A stretch of 64,000 bases of DNA. Origin: Candidatus Cloacimonadales bacterium (lineage in GTDB: Bacteria > Cloacimonadota > Cloacimonadia > Cloacimonadales > JAFGVF01). Under the pieces are notes generated by a model. The model made no database searches. It was not told the origin of the DNA and worked only from the letters and a program-made list of their open reading frames with translations. Positions 19,287 through 28,068 of this stretch are shown piece after piece; position 1 is the stretch's first letter, and every line of letters starts with the position of its first letter. The stretch is from assembly GCA_963662585.1 (NCBI GenBank), contig OY759729.1, forward strand, positions 2,304,001 to 2,368,000, written 5' to 3'. The position numbers and the translations under genes are program-made.

Positions 19287-21397
19287 GTTTGCCCAGAATG
19301 TTATCTGAGCCGATGGACTGAAAGAAGTCCTGACACCCAACTGACAGGAAGTCAATCTGAGGTCAAGGGCGTTGCTGGCAACGGCAGGGTCTGAAGTAAG
19401 ACGCAGGAAGAATGTGGAACATAGCGAAAGTAAACTGATTTTGGTTCATGTAGTGGGTAACTCTTCGAAAAGTGAGAACGCCCAAAAGTCAGTCGATTAC
19501 ATGGATTACAACAGATGGATTTACATTCAGGCAGGATAGCTTAACTGGGGAAGCCTGTTAATGTCTCTAATAGAGTAACTATGACTACAAGCTGAAAGGC
19601 AAGAGTTGTATTAAGCATAAGCAGGTGGCAGATGATTCCGTAGTAGTGACTAACCCTTTGCCTATGAAAGCTGGTGACAGACTGGAGGATAAAACAGAGG
19701 GGACAATATTCTTAGTAATATTGGGGGATATTTTTCAAAAGGAAATATCTCATGTGAAGGGATGAAGATAAACCAAAGAATAAACATAATTAAAGAGATA
19801 TTTTCTTAAAAGTAGGAAACGAAGAGAATCGAAAGATTCAAGGCTCGGATAGACGGTGGTGAGTACCTTCTTTCTATCATGACCTTACGAGACTGAGTAG
19901 ATGAAGTTAAAAAAAGGATAATAGTCAAAACCTATAAAATCTTTGATAGATTGCTTTATGCTAAAAACTTCGAAGGTCTTCATTGAATTAACTGTCATTT
20001 GAAAGTATAATTTAAACATTGTTTATTGTGAAAAAGGAGAAACTAAATGAAAAAGTGGTACAGTTTAATTGATAAAGTTTACTCAAAAGGTAATCTCTAT
20101 GAATCTTTCCTAAAGGTAAAGAAAAATAGAGGTGCAGAAGGTATAGATAATATTACTATATCTAAGTTTGGTGAGACTCTACAAGAGAACTTAGAGCAGA
20201 TTCATTTAGAATTGAAAAGTGGGAAGTATATCCCATCACCTGTGAAACGGGTAGAGATACCTAAAGGAAATGGTAAGATGAGGCCATTAGGAATACCTAC
20301 TGTAAAAGATAGAATCGTACAGCAGGCAATAAATAACATCATCCAACCAATTTTTGAACCTGATTTTCATCCACAAAGCTATGGCTACCGTCCCAACAAA
20401 AGTTGTCAAAAGGCAGTGGCTAAAGCACATATATTAATGGTTCAGGAAGAGCTTCCTTTTGTAGTGGATATGGATTTATCAAAATGTTTTGATACATTAA
20501 ATCATAAATTCATAATGCAATCATTAAATAGGAAAATAAGTGACGGAACATTATTAAAGTTGATAGAGAAAATCTTAAAGTCTGGTGTTATGCAAGAAGG
20601 GAAGTATAGCGAAACTGAAGTAGGAAGTCCACAAGGAGGGGTAATCTCTCCACTTCTTATGAACATATATCTTGATAGTTTTGACCAAGAAATGAAAAGT
20701 CGAGGAATCGAGATAGTACGCTATGCTGATGACATTTTACTTTTTGCTAAGACTAAGAAAAAAGCAGAACAATATCAACGAATTGCGGTAGAATATCTAA
20801 ACTCAATTTATCTCATCGTAAATGAAGAAAAGACACATATTGCGAGTGTATTTAAAGGAGTCAAGTATCTTGGCTTCGAAATACATGAAGCATATGTAAA
20901 GATAGAGGATAAAAGAGTAAAAGCGTTCAAAGATAAGATTCGGTCACTGACTCCACGGAATAGCGGAATTAATGTCCAGACAATGATTAAAAGACTTAAT
21001 CCGATATTGAGAGGTTGGTCGAATTACTTTAGGGTGGCAAATTGCAAAGGAGTCTTTCAGTCTCTATTATCATGGATAAGGCGGCGACTAAGAATGAAGA
21101 AAATGCGGGAATGGAAAAGTTGGAAAGCTTTTCACCAACAACTTAGAAGAGTTGGGCATAAAAGTGATTTTCCGAAAATATCTATGACACATTGGAAGAA
21201 TTCTGGTTGTTATCATATTCATAGAGCTTTACCTAATGAATGGTTTGAGCAATTAGGGCTATATGACTTACTATCGAAACCTACAAGTGTTTTATTTAAT
21301 TATTATGAATAATTACAAGGTTTATCAGGAGCCGTGTACGAGTCCCGTACGCACGGTTCTGTGAGAGGGATGGTGCTAACGCACCACCCTACTCGAT
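19287..21397 (+). mobile_element. Group II intron, class C-like, copy 1 (2111 nt)
   Basis: Boundaries defined by identity with 43518-45628. 5' GTTTGCCCAGAATG; DV GAGCCGTGTACG..CGTACGCACGGTTC; DVI ending CCTACTCGAT. Inserted right after a terminator. Confidence 0.93.
20047..21312 (+). CDS. ltrA: Group II intron reverse transcriptase/maturase without endonuclease domain
   Basis: RPLGIPTVKDR, SYGYRP, GSPQGGVISPLL, RYADD, LNPILRGWSNYF; class C-type C-terminus (ALPNEWFEQLGL). Confidence 0.95.
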   Translation: MKKWYSLIDKVYSKGNLYESFLKVKKNRGAEGIDNITISKFGETLQENLEQIHLELKSGKYIPSPVKRVEIPKGNGKMRPLGIPTVKDRIVQQAINNIIQPIFEPDFHPQSYGYRPNKSCQKAVAKAHILMVQEELPFVVDMDLSKCFDTLNHKFIMQSLNRKISDGTLLKLIEKILKSGVMQEGKYSETEVGSPQGGVISPLLMNIYLDSFDQEMKSRGIEIVRYADDILLFAKTKKKAEQYQRIAVEYLNSIYLIVNEEKTHIASVFKGVKYLGFEIHEAYVKIEDKRVKAFKDKIRSLTPRNSGINVQTMIKRLNPILRGWSNYFRVANCKGVFQSLLSWIRRRLRMKKMREWKSWKAFHQQLRRVGHKSDFPKISMTHWKNSGCYHIHRALPNEWFEQLGLYDLLSKPTSVLFNYYE

Positions 21398-21402
21398 TTT
21401 AC

Positions 21403-21427
21403 CTATAAAGTGACACCTGTTTTTTCC
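21403..21427 (+). repeat. Putative left terminal inverted repeat of the island
   Basis: ctataaagtgacacctgttttttcc matches the reverse complement of the R1 3' end (ctaaaaagtgacacccaagttttcc) at 20/25 positions. Confidence 0.65.
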
Positions 21428-21544
21428 TTAAAGCGCCAGCATGATTTCCTTTTTGTCCATAAAAATAGCTATTTTTACTCTCATAAAGATAAATATATTA
21501 AACACTTAAGCTCTAACACTGTCAAAAAATAAAAGTGACGGAGG

Positions 21545-21718
21545 TCTTTCCACTTTTATGAGCTCATCCTCAATTAAGGAAATATTGGAGTCATTTGGGT
21601 GCTCTACTCTCTCCAAAATCATAAAGTATTAATTATTTGATAAATAGAAGAATTAAACCTCTTAAATTTGTGACTTCACTTTTTCCATACCAATTAGTAT
21701 GGAAAAAGTGAAGTTACA
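21545..21718 (+). repeat. Repeat R2 copy 1 (174 bp) ending in a 22-bp-arm hairpin
   Basis: Near-identical to 24479-24652; hairpin tgtgacttcactttttccatac-caatta-gtatggaaaaagtgaagttaca. Confidence 0.9.
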
Positions 21719-21895
21719 ATTTCCATTACTACAATAAAACTCAACTAAAATATGAATATAATAAATACTTAAACGATGTCTCAATTATTAATCAGTTTAT
21801 TAATATTTTTAAGTAAGTAATCTACGTCTCCCTATCATTTGCTCTTTAAGACTAGTTTTCCACTCACTTTCATCATTATAGTTAAAAGTTATATC

Positions 21896-22234
21896 TCAAT
21901 AACAACGTTCAACTCTAGGTTTGCCAGTTGCTTGAATGAATGCACCTTCAATTTCACGGTTTGCAGTGTATAAAAGATAAGTGTATGTAAACTCACCATC
22001 CATCCAAAAACCTTCAGTGCCATTATTGATGGTAACTGTGAAAAAATTACTAATATTTTCATTATCCTGCCAATAAGAAGGATAATCACTTAGTTGAATA
22101 AAGAAATTAAAATCTTCCCCCATTTCTAAATCTATTGCATAAAATTTTACTGTTGTAATTTCTACAGAAAAACAATCGCCAATAAACAAACCGATTCCAC
22201 AAAACACTTAAAACAACTTTAAACATTTAATCAT
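21896..22234 (-). pseudogene. Small exported protein interrupted by an in-frame stop
   Basis: AGGAG RBS plus ATG at 22234 reads MIKCLKLF*VFCGIGLFIGDCFS...; TAA at 22208-22210 is in frame with the 103-aa track ORF. Confidence 0.55.
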
Positions 22235-23690
22235 ATAATCTCCTTTTCATAATTTGCGATAAATATTGCTTGTTAATTTTTTCAATCTTATTTTCTATAA
22301 TATCCAATAAGTTAGAATCTTCTAAATCTATCGTTTCACTAATGTTTAATGAATTAATAGCTTTTATACAGTCTTTAAGTATTGAGTGATCTTTGTTCAT
22401 TTTATAGAGATCATACAATAAAATAGCTTTCATAGCTTTGAGGACAGTATAATTATAGCTAGGATTATACTTAAATTTCCAATCATTGTTGATGCCCTGT
22501 TTAAAATTTATATATCCCGATCTCGTGTAATAATAGAAGAACAGTTTTGAAAAATAAATTTCTTCTTTTATATTGGTAGCTCGAGTTGCTTTTAAAGCAT
22601 TGTCAAACAAGTTGCTAATAGTATGCGATATATTTTTTACTTGTACATACCTAACTATTTCTACATATATGCTATCTCTAGGTTCTGTAATTAAACCTTT
22701 TAGTGGGGAAATCATTGGTACTTTAAACTCTCCTTTATTATTAGTATTTCTCATAATTCTATATTCATCATATAACTGAAAATAATTTTTATAAGTAACA
22801 TCTGATTTATCCAAAGTGTATATTCTTTTACCTTCTCTAACTTTAAACGCGTTAACACTTCTAAATTTCTTGGTTCTATTCCTTGGAACCATAAAAATGT
22901 TCTTAACAATATATTGTTCATCTTCATTAGGCTCATTAGAAAAATCTGAGTGTTTGATAACAATGGTTTTAAGAGTATCTATTTCTTCAGTTTTACTATT
23001 AGTATCCATTGCAAATTGTATGCCTAAATAACGTAACCAATAATATGAAAAAAGAGCTATAGTATAATCGTCCTTTATTTCTTTTTTGAATTTAAAACTA
23101 TTATTATATGTTATATAATTGTCGTTACTAACTCTAAATTTTTCAAAATCATATAATTTATTAGGTTGTCCAATTTCATAACCTACTTTAGATTTTCTAT
23201 TTTTAGAATAATCTTCTTTGTATTTACCATAATCAACACATCCTACTACTATCCCTTCAAAATCAGCAGAACATCGTGCGTTAAATCTATTCTTATTATA
23301 TTTAAATTTTCTATACTCTCCAAGTTTGATTGCATTATCTATCCAACCTTCATGAATACTATCTTCTTCATTGTATAATTCTAGAACTTGATGAGGTTTA
23401 TGGATATAGAAGCGTTGCTTATCATAATCTTCTAGATTAATTAATACAGTATCTAAACGTACTTCATCATTAGGGTCATATAACATCATCATACACCAGG
23501 CTGACCCTAGATATGCTTCAGCCAACAAGGTTTTATCTTCGATTAAAGCTTCGAAAATACCATTTGCTTGTTCAAACTTATCTTCTCTAAAAAGTTCCCA
23601 CCCTTTTTCAAGGCTTTCTTGTGGTATAGTTTTTCCAATTAAAAAAGTGTAAAAAAGTAATAGCACGAGTCCTAACAAGGTTTTCTTCAA
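22227..23690 (-). CDS. Hypothetical exported protein with N-terminal TPR-like motif
   Basis: GGAGG RBS before TTG at 23690; signal peptide; EKGWELF...AEAYLGSAW. Confidence 0.65.
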   Translation of the reverse strand: MKKTLLGLVLLLFYTFLIGKTIPQESLEKGWELFREDKFEQANGIFEALIEDKTLLAEAYLGSAWCMMMLYDPNDEVRLDTVLINLEDYDKQRFYIHKPHQVLELYNEEDSIHEGWIDNAIKLGEYRKFKYNKNRFNARCSADFEGIVVGCVDYGKYKEDYSKNRKSKVGYEIGQPNKLYDFEKFRVSNDNYITYNNSFKFKKEIKDDYTIALFSYYWLRYLGIQFAMDTNSKTEEIDTLKTIVIKHSDFSNEPNEDEQYIVKNIFMVPRNRTKKFRSVNAFKVREGKRIYTLDKSDVTYKNYFQLYDEYRIMRNTNNKGEFKVPMISPLKGLITEPRDSIYVEIVRYVQVKNISHTISNLFDNALKATRATNIKEEIYFSKLFFYYYTRSGYINFKQGINNDWKFKYNPSYNYTVLKAMKAILLYDLYKMNKDHSILKDCIKAINSLNISETIDLEDSNLLDIIENKIEKINKQYLSQIMKRRLYD

Positions 23691-24161
23691 AGTTCCTCCT
23701 TTGCAATGCAATTATTTTTTTTATTAATACCAAATATATAACCATGCCTTATTCTTGTCAAGAAATTAATAATTTATTAACACACTTTAGTTGAGAATAA
23801 TGTGTAATAATCAAGCTACCCTCCCCTACAGTTTATCCTTAAAGATCTCGATAATATTACACATCTTCAGGTTTTATTAACAAATCTTCTTAATATCAAG
23901 TTCATGTATAAAACAATGTTCAAAGTGTATTTTGTTATCAATTGCTTATATTAATCACAAAGATGTGTTAACTTTAGAGTTAATATAACCTGAATGGTAC
24001 TCATCTTTTTCGATAAGTTTGAGTAAGTTTGCCATTGAGCAAGGAGCTGATATTACCTTTTTCTTTTCACTCGATTTTGATAATCTTCTTCTACCTTGCC
24101 ACTTATAAGAATCTAAGTTAACAGGCTCAGGAGAGTAGTTCTTATTAAATAGTTTTAATAT

Positions 24162-24477
24162 TGAGATCTCGATCGCTGTCTCAAATCAACATATGCAAAC
24201 CGATGTCTCAGCTGAGACGGTGAGATATCGGTTGTTTTTTGAAGCATAAACACCCAACTAGCTACTAACATAAACACTTACAGTGAATTAGTAGCATTGC
24301 CGTACCCCCAAACAACCTTTAAAGCTGGCGGAAAAGTTGTAAATATTACCTGCAAATACTGTTAAAAAGGGAATTTTGAGACATCGGTTTAGACAGCGTG
24401 TAAATAACTAATAAATAGCACTTTATAAGAAACATCTATCGATATCTCACATGGAAAACTTGGGTGTCACTTTTTAG
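24162..24477 (+). repeat. Repeat R1 copy A (~316 bp)
   Basis: Homologous to 27042-27360, 31087-31319 and 41442-41756; ends ggaaaacttgggtgtcactttttag. Confidence 0.92.
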
Positions 24478-24478
24478 C

Positions 24479-24652
24479 TCTTTCCACTTTTATGAGCTCA
24501 TCCTCAATTAAGGAAATATTGGAGTCATTTGGGTGCTCTACTCTCTCCAAAATCATAAAGTATTAATTATTTGATAAATAGAAGAATTAAACCTCTTAAA
24601 TTTGTGACAGAGGGTTTTCCATACCAATTAGTATGGAAAAAGTGAAGTCACA
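24479..24652 (+). repeat. Repeat R2 copy 2, abutting R1 copy A
   Basis: Near-identical to 21545-21718 except a 6-nt block (agaggg vs ttcact) and one base near the end. Confidence 0.9.
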
Positions 24653-25285
24653 GCTTTTGATAACAACAATATCTGAAATATTAAAAGGTATACCAGCTAG
24701 ACTTCGTGATAGGTCTAGCATTAATACAAGTTTTCGAGAAAAAACAAATTTACTACAACAAGGACATTAAACTCACTTTTTGAGAAGTGTTTAAAGTCTT
24801 TCCAATTTATGAAGTTAGATTTAGGCATACTCTAAGAATATATACTAAGAATTTTTAACAAGTCGAGTTGGATGCATATACAACAATAAAATGATGTTTT
24901 ATGATAAACGGTAATTTTTTATTTTGTAATGTTATAATCAAGAAAGAGGACTACATATGGATATTTCTTATGCCAGCACAAAAAACATTATAAAATAATT
25001 GACAAAAAAATATTAGTCTAACATATTTAATTTAGGTGTTATATTGAATAGTGTGTTTATTTTATATAATTATTGAATTTAAAAGTATAAGGTGTTTTTT
25101 TTCTAAATTCAATCTATTCGCTTCAAATTAATGAATTGAGAGAATATTAAACGGTCTATTAGTAATACAAATATATTTTGAATATATTAAGCTGTAATAT
25201 TTATTTACAGTAATACACATCAAAATTAGCAAAGGTTGTTAATGTTAATTATAGTGAATACTATTGTACTTAAAAAGGAGAGCTA

Positions 25286-26710
25286 ATGAATTATAAAAGA
25301 ATGTTATTTATTGTTGTGTACATTTATTTTAGTTGCTTAATGTCTATTGAAATAGAAATCCCCAGATTACCTGGATCTCTTGATATTGCGGATATAGATT
25401 TAGATGGAGATTTAGATATTGTTGTAGGACATAAGACAGCATGGAGCGAGGATTATACTACAATTAGTATTATAGAAAACATTAATTATTGTGATGATAT
25501 AGTAGTACAAGATACTACATTAGTTTTTTGTGGTTATCAGCATAACATGCATTTAGCAAAGATGAATAGTGATGAGTATATGGACATAGTGTGTTTCTAT
25601 GCAGATTTATCAAGTGGAACGACAGAAAGATATATAAGAGTTTTATATAATTCAAATGGAAGTTTTGATGAGAATATAGATTTCCCAATAGAAGGAAGCT
25701 ATACATATCATGATATGGAGAAAGGTAATTTCAACAATGACGAATATGATGATATAGTTTTTATGTCCAATACTTCCAGATTAATTGGAATAATGACAAC
25801 GAACGGTGAATACTCATTTAATGAAGTAGAGTATTTCGATTTAGGCATGCCACCTCAATCACTGCAAAGTGGAAATATCATGGGTGATGAAAGAGATGAA
25901 ATCCTAGTACCCTCTAGTGAAATAATGATTTTTAGCAATACTGAACAAGGCTGGACTATAACAGTAGTGGATAGTCTTAATGGTGCCTCAGACGCTGCAA
26001 TTTACGATATGGATGGTGATGGAGATAATGAAGTATTGACATATTGGGTATCGCCTTTGGGTAACACCTTCATTCTAAGAATATATGAAAGAGAAAATGA
26101 ATCTTTTGTTAATGTTTTAGAAAACTATTATTACTTCCCGAGTGGGTTAAAAGTTTTTGATTACAATAATGATGGGTTACCTGACATTATGTTGGATAAG
26201 TACCTCTTAACTAATTTTGGTAATTATGAATTTAGTGAACCTGTAGATATAAATACTCATGTTGATTACAGAGGGGATTTTTATGATATGGATAATAATG
26301 GATATCTAGATATCGTTCAGTGCTATCAAAACTCTGAAGTAAATAGAGGGTATTTAAGAATTATGTTTAATGATGGGGAAGGCAATTTTGTTCCTGAACC
26401 GGCAGTCGAAAATGTAGATGATGAAGTGGTGTTTAGTGGTAATAACTTAAGTAATTATCCAAATCCATTCAATCCAGAAACTACGATTAGTTTTAATAAT
26501 CCAAAGAATAGCATGGTTAACCTAGCGATATATAACATTAAAGGTCAATTAGTAAAAACACTTGTTAATGAAGAACTTATGGCTGGTGTTCATAGTATCG
26601 TTTGGAAGGGAAAAAATAATTATGGACAATCTGTTGCTTCTGGAGTTTATTTCACTAGAATTAAGACACTTCATTCTATAGTAACTAAGAAAATGGTCCT
26701 AATGAAATAG
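25286..26710 (+). CDS. Secreted FG-GAP-like repeat protein with FlgD-Ig/T9SS-like C-terminal domain
   Basis: DIDLDGDLDI, DMDGDGDNEV, DYNNDGLPDI, DMDNNGYLDI repeats; NYPNPFNPETTISF tail. Confidence 0.85.
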   Translation: MNYKRMLFIVVYIYFSCLMSIEIEIPRLPGSLDIADIDLDGDLDIVVGHKTAWSEDYTTISIIENINYCDDIVVQDTTLVFCGYQHNMHLAKMNSDEYMDIVCFYADLSSGTTERYIRVLYNSNGSFDENIDFPIEGSYTYHDMEKGNFNNDEYDDIVFMSNTSRLIGIMTTNGEYSFNEVEYFDLGMPPQSLQSGNIMGDERDEILVPSSEIMIFSNTEQGWTITVVDSLNGASDAAIYDMDGDGDNEVLTYWVSPLGNTFILRIYERENESFVNVLENYYYFPSGLKVFDYNNDGLPDIMLDKYLLTNFGNYEFSEPVDINTHVDYRGDFYDMDNNGYLDIVQCYQNSEVNRGYLRIMFNDGEGNFVPEPAVENVDDEVVFSGNNLSNYPNPFNPETTISFNNPKNSMVNLAIYNIKGQLVKTLVNEELMAGVHSIVWKGKNNYGQSVASGVYFTRIKTLHSIVTKKMVLMK

Positions 26711-27041
26711 AAAAGTAATTAGTAATAGAAGATAAGAAAAAGAAAGGCTTGTTAAAAGGCAAGAGTAACAAAAAAGTACATTTTATAATAGTTTCAACGA
26801 GTTCAAAATTCTTTTTGTATAAATCATTATCATTTCCTGATCTTTATAGTAATGATGATATTTTTAAGATTGATTACAAAATTACTAAAGGAAAACTAGT
26901 TTTTAAAAACCTTTATAAATGGCAGAAACTTATTTAACTGTCTTCATCAATCTTTAACTCTTACAAACATAATTGTAGATTACCTGAGAATATTAACGAT
27001 CTAGTTTTCTTCACCTAAACAAGATTTTGCATAATAATAAC

Positions 27042-27360
27042 TGAGATCTCGTTCGTTGTCTCAAATCAGCATGTACAAACCGATGTCTCAGGTGAGACGG
27101 CGAGATCTCGGTGGCTTTTTTCGAATCCCAAACCCACAACTAGCTACTAAGATAAAGACATACAGTAGAATAGCATCATGACTATGTCCCCAAATAACCT
27201 TTAAAACTAGCAGAGAAATTGTAAAAAATACCTGCAAAAGCTGTTAAATAGGAAATTTTGAGACATCGATTGATATGGCGAGTAAAAAACTAATTAAGTA
27301 GCACTTTATAAAATCTAACTATCGATATCTCACATGGAAAATTTGGCTGTCACTTTTTAG
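27042..27360 (+). repeat. Repeat R1 copy B
   Basis: tgagatctcg...atggaaaatttggctgtcactttttag. Confidence 0.92.
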
Positions 27361-27895
27361 TTAGAAGGACTTCAAGAGTTAGAGAAGGTTCTACCGGACA
27401 AAGAGCGAAAGGTTATCATTTACTTAATATTGCATCACTAACAGATAAGGGTAAGAATTATTCAATACTCCCAATATGCAGTCAATTATATAGTAATATT
27501 ATAAAAGAAGATACTTCTAAAATATACTTGAAGATAGAATTATAGATATTACTATTCACAGTAATAATAAAGGTATTTTTGTGTTTGATAGAGTTTATGA
27601 TAGCAGTAAGTTAATAACTTAACTTTCAAATAATGAAAACAAAGATATAATTAGAAGTCAGGGATAACAATGGATTAACTAAAAAAGCTTCTTTTAATAT
27701 TACTACTGGAAAGAAAAATCTAGAACTAAATTGGGATGAAATGGAAGTTTGTGAAGATAAAAGAGTAAGTTCTTTTAAAAGTAAATCTACCCATGAACCT
27801 ACAGATTGTGTTATTTATAGAAATAGCTAAAATTCTGAAACTCCTCCTACTCAAGCTAGTCTTATGGCCTACCCCAATCCTTTTTTAGATAATTA
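27361..27895 (+). pseudogene. Degraded remnant of a secreted C-terminal-domain protein
   Basis: Broken frames contain LEVRDNNGLTKKASFNIT (PKD-like) and LMAYPNPF (start of the C-terminal domain). Confidence 0.4.
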
Positions 27896-28068
27896 GAATC
27901 CCTTTCTTAATGCTAGAATATCTGTAAAATATTGGATACTTATATATATACTAAAAATCAAATGTAAATAAGTCCTCTATGTTTACAATAAATATAAACT
28001 AATTGGAACATAAAATGCATGATAGTAAATTACTTTGATTTTATAAAAAAACTAAATGGAGGACCATT

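Noticed and set aside
20047..21312. RT as a DGR, retron or CRISPR-associated RT
   Set aside because: It has group II intron maturase motifs and is embedded in a ribozyme with DV/DVI. No Avd, TR or msr/msd is nearby.
21403..21427. Tn7/CAST-type transposon end next to the tRNA
   Set aside because: Ends read CTA..TAG rather than TGT..ACA; no tns genes and no visible 5-bp target duplication.
26749..26937. 62-aa ORF (also 41086-41301 and 56532-56750)
   Set aside because: Short AT-rich ORFs with no motif; cannot be supported, though they may be remnants.
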